A stretch of 64,000 bases of DNA, taken from Okamejei kenojei. Lineage: Eukaryota. A program made the translations under genes and the position numbers. The stretch is taken from the NCBI GenBank assembly GCA_035221665.1, contig CM069131.1:67952001-68016000 (forward strand), written 5' to 3'. A model generated the notes under the pieces. It had not been told where the DNA came from and did no database searches. It worked only from the letters and a program-made list of their open reading frames with translations. Positions 24,958-36,969 of the stretch are shown piece after piece. How positions within the stretch are numbered: the first letter of the stretch is position 1; the number at the start of each line of letters is the position of its first letter.

Positions 24958-25700
24958 GGTAGACACAAAATGCTGGAGTAACTCAGCAGGACAGGCAGCA
25001 TCTCTGGAGAGAAGGAATGGGTGACGTTTTGTGTTGAGACCCTTCTTCAGACTGATGACAAGGGAGTGGGTGGGACAGAGATAGAATGTAGTCGGAGATA
25101 ATAAGACTGGTGGGAGAACTGGGGAGGGGATGGAGAGAGAGAGAAAGCAAGGGCTATTTGAAGTTAGAAAAGTCTATGTTCATGTTGCTAGGGTGTAAGC
25201 TACCCAAGCAAAATATAAGGTGCTGTTCGTTCAATTTGCGCTGGGCCTCACTCTGACAATGTAGGAGGCCCAGGAGTGACTGGAGTAACTCAGCGGGACA
25301 GGCAGTATCTCTGGAGAGAAGGAATGGGTGATGTTTTCGATCCAAAACGGCGCCCATTCCTTCTCTCAGAGATGCAGCCTGTCCCGCTAAGTTAATCCAG
25401 CATTTTGTGTCTACATGCCTTACCCGGGACAGAAAGGTCATATTGGGAATGGGAGGGGGAGTTAAAGTGCTCAACAACCGGGCGATCAGGTAGGTTAAGG
25501 TGGACTGGGCGGAGGTGTTCTGCAAAACGATCGCTGAGCCTGCGCTTGGTCTCGCCGAAGTACAGAGGTTGACTTCTGGAACAGTGGGGTTGGAAAAAAC
25601 TGCAGATATTGATTTAAATCGAAGATAAACACAAAATTCTGGAGTAACTCAGCGGGACAGGCATCATCTGGAACAGCGGATACAGTCGACGAGGTTGTAA
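24958..25700 (-). mobile_element. Penelope-like element 3' fragment (GIY-YIG endonuclease + terminal repeat) with two nested short insertions
   Basis: LYFGETKRRLSDRFAEH (~25510-25566) and LGLLHCQSEAQRKLNEQHLIFCLGSLHPSNMNIDFSNFK-stop; terminal repeat with decayed hammerhead at ~25018-25055. Confidence 0.85.
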
Positions 25701-27009
25701 GAGCTAAGCACTCTTTTAAAATTCATGTTGTCAAATATGTTCTACCGATGGAATTTTTTAAAATAAAAAGAAATCAGTTGGTTGATTTATTGAATTGCAG
25801 GCCTTGTGTTTAATTTCTTTGTTGAGCAGCTACATTTATGCAAAAAAAAACCCAATATTCTATTATGCTGTTAACTAGATTAGATTAAGAATAATACTTA
25901 ATTGCACAGACTTGCCCTTCAACTTTTTGTTAGCGATGGAATTGCTCTTCAAGGAATGAAGTCAAGAGATCATAAAGATGAAATTTCTTTGAGCTTAAAT
26001 GTCACTGAAATCGCTGCAGTTCAAAATGTGATTTGTAGAATATTTGAATTATTTACACAGGTTCACTGATTTCACTGAAAAGTTGCACTGATCACAATTG
26101 AAAACCAGAGAGATTGGATAAAAAAAAGTTTTAAGAGCAGAGAAATGACAACAATGTTAGCAAAAAAAACAAGCAAAGATGGTCAAGGGTTAATTTTTGT
26201 GGTGATAGAAATAAAGGAGAGAAATTATTCTAAAATTACCAAATGTTGATTAAATCACACTTGGAGTATTGTGGGTATATGTACTTCTGGTTGATACATT
26301 TTCAGCTCTGGGGAAGGTACTGAAACATTTAAAAGGATGGTGTTAGAAATATGTTTTTAGGAAAGGATAAACAGACAGCATCTCTTTACTCCTTTATTGG
26401 CAAGTGATCCTCTGGAGGTCTTTCCAATTATATCATATAGACATAGAAAAGGACAAACTGGACCTTAAAATGAAATCATGAAATAGAGGATTCAAAAAAC
26501 GTTTTAAATAGAGATTGCCACATGGACTAATTGAGGCAAAAAGCACTGATATCTTTCAGGCAAAGCTGGATAACTATCTGAAGGAAAAACTGATAGTCAA
26601 CGATGAGGGAAAAATAGGGACTATTAGTGCAAATATTAACTTTTACAGTTAAGTATGGCCAAATTAGGATTAGCATATCTGATTGGATTTTAATGAAAGA
26701 TCATGGACTGTTGAAGATATTGCATTAGATACTAACAATGATTTCTAGAAAGTTGTTGCGGAAATAATGCACGAGAAATAGTTACCAAACTGGGATAAGA
26801 GAATTATGGTGAAGAGATACGTGTTTTCTAACTTCAGTGGAATCGATACTCCAGCTCGAATTTATTATCTATAAAAAATCGAATTTGGGCATAAGGAGCC
26901 GGATTTCAAAATTAGTAGATGAAATGAAATTTGGGAAAGTGGTAATTAGAGAGAAAGTTAATTATGAATCAGAGGGGGGTAGATAGATCAGTTAAAGTGG
27001 GCAGACAGA

Positions 27010-27520
27010 TTAGTGTCAGGTTATTGGAGTCATACAACGTGGAAAATGCCCTTTGCCCCAACTTCCCATGCCGAAAAACATGCCACATCAAAATTAGTTC
27101 CACCTGTCTGTTTAGCACATATCCTTCTAACCCTATCCTATCTTTGTACCCATCCAAATATTTTTTTATATGTTGTGATAGTACCTGCCTCAGCTACTTC
27201 ATCTGACAGCTCGTTCCAGATACCTACAACCTTTTGTATGGGGCAAAAAAAGTTGCCACTTGGGTTCCTATTAAATCATTCCCTCCTCACTTTCAACCTA
27301 TGACTTTGAGTTCTTGATTCCCCAACTTAGGGTAAAAGACTGTGCATTTACCCTACCTATTCCTCTCATCTTATACACCTCTATAAGGTCACCTTCATCC
27401 TCCTTCACTTCAACGAATAATGTTCTAGCCTGCTCCACCTTTCTCTCAGGCGCTCGAGTCCTGGCAACATGCTCGTAAATCTTCTCTGCACCCTTTTGCT
27501 GCCTAACAACATTGTATGGA
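27010..27520 (-). mobile_element. Degenerate CR1 3' fragment
   Basis: GDLIEVYKMRGIGRVN-like peptide and CR1-type tail. Confidence 0.65.
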
Positions 27521-28459
27521 GAAGCAGTAAAATTCAATAGGCATAATGTCAGGCATACAGATCCATGTGCTGGCAACCGAGGAACCGTTAAGTATGTTTT
27601 GCTTTGTAAATATGTACATTAATGGTTTAAAAGCTTCATTAAATAATCAACTAAATAATTTTGTATGAATATGTTTGGTGTTTCTGCCATAGATTTAATG
27701 TTAGCCCACGATAGAAATGAGGATTTTATTTTAGTCGAAAGTGCCTTTTAGGATGAAAATCAGCAAAACAGTCACACTATTTCTGACACTATTTTGTAGC
27801 TTCGGTCTTCATCCTTTTAATCGTACAGAAATATTTTCAAAATTATCTTAATCTGTAGAAATATTTATGGAATCTGGATTACAGAGATTAATACGTACCA
27901 TTCGAATGAAGACAAATGAAGACAAATTTATTTTGATTCCATATCAAACACAATTTTTGCTGTTGGAACCTATTTCTTTGTGTTAAGCTGCTACTAGACC
28001 AGAATCAAAACTGAGTGTGAATACCACTGATGGCGCACTGTGTCACTATATCACAGCTGTGAACTGTTGTTTTCTCATGCTTGTTCACATATAGATATTG
28101 GAATAATAATCCTTCAGAGCGTTGCTGAAGTCCCTTTTTCAATCAATCATTAACTTCAAAGTATTGTATTGAAGATTTTCTTTATTGTGTGATTTGCCAG
28201 GAGTCATTTCACTTGCAGAACAAAACAAGAAAACATGATAGGTTTATCAGAAAATTAATTATTCCTCAACCATTAAAGCCAATCCTTAGGAGAATAAAAT
28301 GGATTGGGTACTGTTTTGAAAGTTTTTTAGTATAAAAGACATTTTGTGCAGTCGAATTTGCAGATTTTAATGGTATACTTCAGCAAAAAAAAACAAAATA
28401 TCTCTCCTATATTACAATGCTGAAAAATCTCAACTTTTTTGGTTTACGTTATAGGGAAT

Positions 28460-28565
28460 AGAGTAGAATTAGGTCATTTGGCCCATCATGTCTACTCTGC
28501 CATGCAATCATGGCTGATCTATCACCCTCGTAACCCCATTCTCATGCCTTCTCCCCATAACCGCT
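28460..28565 (-). mobile_element. CR1 3' tail fragment
   Basis: caatcatggctgatct...gccttctccccataacc matches 1340-1400. Confidence 0.65.
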
Positions 28566-28965
28566 GACCGTCCATAGATCCCAGTCACTCAAGTTCTATG
28601 GAAAATAAAGGAGCTAAAATAAATAAATGGGGTAAAAAGAGGATATGATAATTGTTAAAGGATGAGTCAAAGGAACAGATGTGGATGAAAAGTGTTTTCT
28701 TGAATGATGTACTGAATTATTAGTTTGCATTTGTCTTCATCAGAAAGAGGATGCCATCAATAAAACAATAGAGGAGACAGTAGCAATGGTGGATAGAAAA
28801 CAAGTAAAGAGGATACACTTAAAAAGATGGGCGATCCTCGAGTTAGAGAAGTGGCGTGGTCCAGATTTTATGAATCCCATGTTGTTGCGAGGAAATCAGA
28901 GCGAAGGACTTACAAACTATAAAAGCTGCAATTGCAGCCTGGTCAGTTTTTATTCCCATGCGGGA

Positions 28966-31810
28966 TTTTTTTAAATTTTTTAATTTTTTAATTTTTTTTT
29001 CAAAATATACATTATTCAAATGATAAATATATACAATACATGAAACTTTGCGGAAAATCCATCCGACATTTTCGGAGGCTGTACAAATTGATGAATACAG
29101 TTTAAACATTTCTTTCCCCAAATTTTCATAAATCAGTCCCCCACGTGCCACTCATGTGGCCCACTGGCGTGGGATACCTTCCCTTTATTTTGAGGGGCGT
29201 CTCCACCATACCGTGCCCCCCACGTCCAGCAGCGGAAGGACCTTAGACTGTGGCCCTCCCCCACCGAGCCTTGGCGTTGGCTGCACCGAGCTTCAGTGCG
29301 TCCCTCAACACGTGCTCCTGCAGTCTGCAGCGGGCCAGTCAGGAACATTCCCTTGACGGACATCTCGCTCTGCTGGGTGGTGAACAATGCTCGGGCAGAC
29401 CAAAGGGCGCCTTTTACCGAGTTGATGACCCTCCAGCAGCACTAGATGTCACCCTCTGAATGTGTCCCTGGGAACAGTCCGTAAATCACCGAGTCCTCTG
29501 AGACGGAGCTGTTCGGGATAAAGCGTACCAGGGACCCTTGCATTTTTCTCCAGACACTTTTAGCAAAACCACACTCTGTAAAGAGGTGGGCAACCACTCC
29601 ATAGCAGCCGTCCCGAGGGCAGCGTTGCGCTGGTAGTGAGGTTCCGACGGTGCAGGAAGGATCTGACTGGGAGGGCTCCCCTCACTGCCAGCCAAGCCAG
29701 GTCTTGGTGCTTGTTGGTGAGTTCTGGCAATGAGGCATTTTGCCAGACAAGCTGGGCAGTCTGCTCAGGGAACCACGCCACCAGGTCCATAGAGTCCTTT
29801 CCCTGCAGTGCCTGCAGGACATTCTGTGCTGACCACTGCCCGATGGACATGTGGTCAAAGGTGTTGGTCCGGAAGAACCCTTCCACAAATGACAGATGGG
29901 GTGGCAATGTCCAGCTGACTGGCACATTGCGTGGCACCTGCGCCAGGCCCATCCTTTGCAACACCGGGGACAGGTAGAACCTCAGCAGGTAGTGACACTT
30001 GGTGCCCACGTGCCTTGGCTCTACACTCCGCCTGATGCAGCCACACACGAATGTGGCCATCAGAATGGGTGCGACGTTGGGCACGCTTTTACCCCCGTTG
30101 TCTGCTGACTTGTACATTGTGGCCCGTCGCACCCGGTCCATCCTCGACCCCAGATGAACTGGGAAGATGGCCCGGGTGATCCCTGTGGCGTAGAAGGGAG
30201 GGACAGGCCACACTTGTGCCAAGTACAGCAGCCCCGAGAGCACCTCGCACCTGATGACCAAATTCTTTCCCGTTATGGAGAGGGAGCATTGCCTCCACAG
30301 CTCCAGCTTCCTCCCCACCATGGCTATCCGCTCCAGCCAATTTTTGTTACATGCCTCAGCCCCCCCGAACCAGATCCCCAGCACCTTCAAGAAGTCAGGC
30401 TTGATGGTGAAGGGATGGAAGATCTGTCGGGCCTGTTGCCAAAGAGCATGGCCTCGCTCTTCCTGCGGTTCACCCTGGCCCGTGGCCGACTCAAACTGGT
30501 TGCAGATACTAATCAGTCTGCGGACTGACCCTGGATCCGAGCAGAAGACAGCGACATCGTCCATGTACAGGGAGGTCTTTACTTGAATGCCCCCACTGCC
30601 TGGCAATGTCACTCCTCTTATGCTCGCATCCTTCCTGATGGATTCGGCAAAGGGTTCAATACAGCAGACAAACAAGACAGGAGAGAGAGGGAAACCCTGC
30701 CTGACTCCAGACCTTACAGAGAAACTGTCTCATTCCCACCCATTGATTGGGACTGCACTACGGATGTTAGGGTGTAGAGCAGTTTGATCCAATTCCTGAT
30801 TCCCTCCCCAAAACCCATTTTGGAGAGCACGTCCCTCATGTACGTGTGCGAAATCCTGTCGAAGGCCTTCTCCTGGTCCAAGCTGACTAGGCAGGTGTCC
30901 AACTGTCTGTCCTGCATGTAGGCGATGGTATCTCTCAGCAGCGCTAGGCTGTCTGAGATTTTCCTGCCAGGTACAGCACAGGTTTGGTCCAGGTGGATCA
31001 CCTGTCCCAGAGCAGACTTGACCCGGTTGGCGATGGCCTTAGACAGGATCTTGTAGTCTACATTCAAGAGTGTTATGGGTCTCCAATTCTTTATGTCCTT
31101 CATCTCCCCCTTCTGCTTGTAGATTAGGGTGATGTTGCCCTTCCTCATGGAGTCTGACATGCTACCAGCATGTCGTTGTACACTTCTAGCAGGTCGGGGC
31201 CCATCCAGTCCCACAGAGCCGAATACAACTCGGCCGGTAAGCCATCGCTTCGGGAGTTTTACTCGAGTCAAAGGAACGGATGGAGCCAGTCAGCTCCTCT
31301 AGGGTCAGTGGTTGGTCCAGACTCTCCCGCTTGCTGTCCTCCAAGACCTCCGTGATCGAGGACAGGAAGTTCTGGGAGGAGGTACTGTCTGTGGTCTTTT
31401 GGTCATACAAATCTGTATAAAAGGATTTGCAGATCCACAGCATGTCTGTCTGTGAGGATGCTACCGTGCTGTCCTCCCTACGGCTGTTCATCACAGAGCT
31501 CCCCCTGTGAACCTTATGGAAGAAGAAACGTGAGCACGTCTCATCCTGCTCCACAAGGCGGACCCTGGATCGGAAGATGATCTTGGAGGATTCAGAGGTA
31601 AAGAGCCGAGCTTGCCTGTCCTTCACCTCTCTAAGTTCCTCTCTCACATCCACCCCTCTCGACTGCAGAAGGAGCAGTTGTTGGAAATCTGTCTGGAGTT
31701 GGCACAATTCCCTCTGTCTTGCTCTCTGAACCCCTTCAACTATGAAGAACCTCTTAATGTTCTCCTTGGTTGCTTCCCACCACAGTGTCGGGGAGTCAAC
31801 GAGGGGGATG
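28966..31810 (-). mobile_element. Tx1-like (L1 superfamily) non-LTR retrotransposon, 5'-truncated and frameshifted
   Basis: NWRPITLLNVDYKILSKAIANR, DQTCAVPGRKISD, LDQEKAFDRISH, IEPFAESIR and SLYMDDV RT motifs; A-rich tail at 28966-29000. Confidence 0.92.
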
Positions 31811-32179
31811 GATGTTTATCATCCATCTCAAGTTACTCCTGAAGTGAGGAGGCTCTTAAAGGAAAACCACATTTTGTGGGTTTAGAGTTGATTTTCAATC
31901 AGATGGAGGATATTTTTTTCACTGAAGAGCAATAGTGAAACAGCTGGGATTTTAAGGTAATCCTGCACTTTGATGTTTGCCATTACTGAGATTAATTTTT
32001 TCTTTAAATTCCTGGTTTTGTTTAATTACATAATATTATATTCACCAGCTGCCATTGTGGGATTTGAAATTCATGTTCTTTGGCCAATAGTCTAGAACTC
32101 TGAATACTACTGAGTAACATCACTAAGCTCCTGGATAGGGTTTAGGACTTTTACAAACACCGATCAAAGACATTGTTAA

Positions 32180-32411
32180 GGGCCTGTCCCACTTGGCTGT
32201 CATTTGCTCGTAATTTACACACCATTTATGCGTCTCGACACGACGTGTGCATCGTGACAGGTACGTGATGTGCGCATTAGGCACGCATGGTGCGTGATGA
32301 CATAGGCAGTGATGCGCGGGCCATTCGTGGCATCGCAGGATTTTGTGATGTACAAAATCTTTGCGCGCCATCTGCGTGACGCGCAAATAACGGCCAATTT
32401 GGGACAGGCCT
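32180..32411. mobile_element. PIF/Harbinger-type MITE
   Basis: TIRs gggcctgtcccacttggc / gccaatttgggacaggcct; TAA- and TTA-like flanks; CpG-rich non-coding interior. Confidence 0.7.
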
Positions 32412-33026
32412 TTTATGTAGCATTAGGAAAATACGGCAAAAGGCTCATAAAGCAGTGATTTCTTGAAAATAAATACAGTTTCACCTTGCTTTGTTTTACT
32501 TGCCAATAATTTGCAAATTGGTCTGATCTAAAATTCTACTTTTTTAGTTCAACCCAGGATCGTTCACTAACTTTTTTTATCATGCGGGACAAAATCTAGT
32601 TCAACCTCTCAGATGCCTGATGAAAGCTTATAATTGAGCTTTGATGCTCAATATTCCGAGTTTCACCTGCGAGGCTTACAGATTGATTGTTTGCAGACTT
32701 GACTAATGACAGGAAAATTGGCTATGATTTCCACGTAACTGATAAGGCTTGTGCATAACTGATTTGAATAGCCTTCTAACCATTTTCAGGTTTTACAGAC
32801 AAATTATAATAGAGATTTCTGCAGGGTTACATACAAATCTAACACATTAAGAGGCCAAATTCCCCCAAAAGCTAAAAAGAAGATTTGGTATCCTATTGCA
32901 TAAGTATCGGAACATTTCAGTGTTCTTGGATTGCCAATGGAACCACACAAAGCTATGGGGCCAATCTTTTACCAAGATGTGGAAAAGTGATATCATAGAG
33001 CTTCATGTGCTCCAGAAATTGAGTAG

Positions 33027-33122
33027 AGTCTGAAGAAGGGTCATTGACCCGAAACGTCACCATTGTCCTTCTCTCCAGAGATGCTGCCTGTCCCGCTGAG
33101 TTACTCTAGCTTTTGTGTCTAT
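33027..33122 (+). ncRNA. Penelope-derived short repeat with intact minimal hammerhead core, sense to FRAS1 intron 2
   Basis: AGU-CUGAAGA-A-GGGUC(AUU)GACCC-GAAA-C-GUC-ACC at 33027-33061; stem I only ~2 bp. Confidence 0.55.
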
Positions 33123-34417
33123 GCTGAATAATTGACATAGTTAACCAATGCCACGATGTATGAATTGAATGGTAACAGATTGAAAAATATTCTTCTTGAA
33201 TATTTAACCATTATTGGTAATCTTCACCTTCGAAATTAATTATGTTTGGAATCATGTTTCCAGAAAGACCTGGGAGAACATTGTGCCCTCTTTTGCAAGC
33301 TAGCACTCATGTAAAAAATGAATATCAAAGTGTGCCCCCAATTTTGTGTGTGTGCTGACAATAATCTTCCAACCCCCTGAATGAAATCTGTAAAAATAAA
33401 AAATATTCCCATATTGTTTTTTCTGACTTGGCTGATATAATCTAGTGACTGAATACAGGTTAAAAATTAACAGCAATGATTTACAACTGAACAATTTAAT
33501 GATGTTGTGCCATGAACTACAGATTGAATGTTAAAAAACTAACAATCTGATACATATTAGATAGTCTAATAGGTAAAAATGGAGAACATATGTATGACTT
33601 GGTTTCACTTTTTGTGTCTGGCTTGATTGTTTCAAAGTTTTCAAGGTCAGTTTATTGTCATGTCCAATTAAGGACCTGTTGCAATTGCTTTTATCTAATT
33701 TAATATAATTAAAAATAGTACTTTGAGTTAATGGGTTGTAGACTTATGGACAATTGCAAGTTCAAAAGAAAAAATGTAAAAGTCCCACATTTTGTGAACT
33801 GAACCTAGGATCTCTCACAGTGCTGGTGCTGAGATCTTCAGCACAGAAAAATTTAACATTTCTCCAGAGAGCTTTGTGCATGCCATTAGCTTTCAAATGC
33901 CTAATTGCCCTTGTTCTAATGCTCAAAATTGAAAGATGGATGTTTTGGTAATTTTTCCAAATAATGGTTCAATTTTTAGTCTGAAGGATCAGTGGACTGA
34001 CTCCAAAACACTTTCAATATATTCCACTTGAAGTCCACAATTGTTTTTTTGGTTTAAAATAATTTAGCAGTTACTAGTATTACAAACCCCCCTTTGATCC
34101 ATGGGGAAAATCTAAATGGCATCTATCTACAAGAATCTTCATTATGTATCAGAGTTACATTTTAATAGCCGAGTCCAGTTTCTCAATCTGGAAAGGGGCA
34201 TTTGGTGGCTGGAAATGCATGTAATTTGGCATAATGATGGGACAACAACATTTTTTTTTCCAAGAACCTGCCTCTAAAATATTCATACTCCACAATATAA
34301 AGCAGTGGAAGGGCATTCCTTTGTTGTCCTGCAAGGATGAGTTATGGTCTGGTAATAAAATGGGGGATGAGGAGAGGACCTGAGGTAAGGAAAGGATGGT
34401 TGGGGAAGGATGGGTAT

Positions 34418-34917
34418 NNNNNNNNNNNNNNNNNNNNNNNNNNNNNNNNNNNNNNNNNNNNNNNNNNNNNNNNNNNNNNNNNNNNNNNNNNNNNNNNNNN
34501 NNNNNNNNNNNNNNNNNNNNNNNNNNNNNNNNNNNNNNNNNNNNNNNNNNNNNNNNNNNNNNNNNNNNNNNNNNNNNNNNNNNNNNNNNNNNNNNNNNNN
34601 NNNNNNNNNNNNNNNNNNNNNNNNNNNNNNNNNNNNNNNNNNNNNNNNNNNNNNNNNNNNNNNNNNNNNNNNNNNNNNNNNNNNNNNNNNNNNNNNNNNN
34701 NNNNNNNNNNNNNNNNNNNNNNNNNNNNNNNNNNNNNNNNNNNNNNNNNNNNNNNNNNNNNNNNNNNNNNNNNNNNNNNNNNNNNNNNNNNNNNNNNNNN
34801 NNNNNNNNNNNNNNNNNNNNNNNNNNNNNNNNNNNNNNNNNNNNNNNNNNNNNNNNNNNNNNNNNNNNNNNNNNNNNNNNNNNNNNNNNNNNNNNNNNNN
34901 NNNNNNNNNNNNNNNNN
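34418..34917. other. Assembly gap (500 N)
   Basis: Run of N of round length. Confidence 1.
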
Positions 34918-35544
34918 CATTGAGAGATAGTATTCACAAAACCATGTTGTGTTAAGTTGTGTGCGATACCTACTACCCAGCCTGAATCTCAAACTCCCAG
35001 CCCAAACTTTGATCTTTTGTTACGAAGCACTACAAATAAATAATAGGACATCAGACAAAATAAATGTTAAAATGGGCAGACTTAGAGAAGACATTTTTCT
35101 GGTGATTTTTAAAAGGATCTGTCAGTGAGAGAATAAATTACTCTTTTTGGTTGGCTCTTACCAGAGGTTTGTTGATATGAGCGAGGGAACATTGCAGGAT
35201 TGCTTGGATCATCCTCGGGCAAGACGTCAACTGCCATCGGTGATTGGTCCACAGGAAGGTCATGTAGCCAAGATCTGAGATGATGGGTCATCATCTTTAA
35301 TAAAGAAAAAACGTTTTTAAAACAAAATCAACAGGTAAAGTCATTCTAAATTAACATTTTTTTAATTGAAAATCTCTTTTTGAATAATATATGTTAACAC
35401 TTACATAGGACGATTGGTGACTTCTGCTTCCCTCAGACAGCATAGGAGTTTGCGGAGGGAAGGTTACTGGGAGTGGAAGGTCCTCCGTATCCGTTGGGGA
35501 ATTCGGAGACAGAGACAGAGGCAAGAGAACAAGAGAATCATGTG

Positions 35545-35830
35545 ATTAGTTTAGTTTAGACATTACGGCGCAAAAACAGGCCCTTCGGCTCACGGAGTCT
35601 TTTAACCGTACAGGATCCTCCACACATCAAAAACACTATCACTATCACGCACTGTAGGAAGGGGCCAGTTTATAATCTATACCATAACCCCAATTAATCT
35701 AAACAAACCTGTATGCCCTGTGTGGGAGTTAACCAAAGGATCTCAGTGAAAAACGACATAGGTACAGGGAGAAATGAAACAAAATCCATAGAGAGCACCC
35801 GTACTCAGGATCGAAACCCGGGTCCAGGAA
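35545..35830 (-). mobile_element. HE1-like V-SINE, noisy copy
   Basis: tagtttagtttaga tail, aaacaggcccttcggc, caggatcgaaacccgggtc (B-box). Confidence 0.65.
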
Positions 35831-36969
35831 AAATGTTCTCGATGATCAGTCTCTACAACAGCAAGTAATGTTTGTATCAAACAAGAACCAGCTTCCAAGA
35901 TTATTGTGGTCATCCTTCTATATTATCCTTTTAACATTACCATTTTTGCCATGAACCTATTGAAGACGGTTCCAATGTTCTATTCCAGCACCTTACGTTT
36001 TGTTCACAATACAATTATTAGTAATTATGGCTACGATCCACAAGATCAATACTGGTCTGAGACTACATGCATGCTTCCAACTAAGCATACAAATAGAGAA
36101 ACAGGACATCCAGAATTTAAAAGGTACATGGCAGGACTATGGGACTACTGTGAAATAGTATTCTCTTTTCACTGACTCTTTTAAAAACCCTGTTTGTCGG
36201 GAATAAACATTTAAGCTCCTTTCGGGAGCTTTTTAATACCTTTGTTGGGAACTGGGCGAGAGAAGGTAACAGGATGCACTGCATCTCCTCAGAGGAACAG
36301 CGACTCCAGCCTGGATACCTTGTAGAATATCATTACTGATCCTCAGCAAAGCTCTACAACCGCCGATCTGTCACATCTTGCAGTACAGATCGATCTCAAA
36401 TTAATATCCAAGACCAAGACACTGCAGGTTTATCAGTAAATTATTGTTGTTCTTCATTGTGCTTCTTTTGTGATCTAGGATTTTTTCTGCCTTGCTTTGC
36501 AGTGTCATCCCAGAGCACGTCAGGTTCCTGGACGTTTCTTGCTGGCCAAGTCACTTGTGGTGATCTTATAGCATCCACAGTGGAGACCAGCTACTTCACA
36601 AGCTATCTCCATCCCCTTGTGGTTTCTGTGGTGATGCTTTGGTTTCACGGAGAAGTGTCAGGCTCTATTGCTCCTGCCCTCCCTATATGTTCATGGGCTA
36701 GGGCCTTTTCCTACTACTTTTTTATCTGTGTTTGACTTTGTTTGCGCTCTGTCCTCCGGCAAGTAGAGGCTTCTTTCCCATGATTCCTTGCTTTTCAGGT
36801 GTCGCTTTCTGAACATTTTTTCCTGGCAACCTGAGCATGGCAAGGGGTGTGAAGTGAGGTTTCACTTCCATACCTGGCAGTTTGGACAGCCTGCAATGTT
36901 GGAGTTAACTTCAAATATCTATGTTCTTGCAAGTGCTGGCAGTAGGAGAGATTATTGGGGTTGAAATCG

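Noticed and set aside
34155-34992. Long ORFs spanning X runs
   Set aside because: Artefact of the 500-N gap
36213-36234. Hairpin aagctcc-tttcg-ggagctt followed by Ts, like a rho-independent terminator
   Set aside because: Eukaryotic context with no bacterial-type ORF upstream; a 7-bp stem is expected by chance
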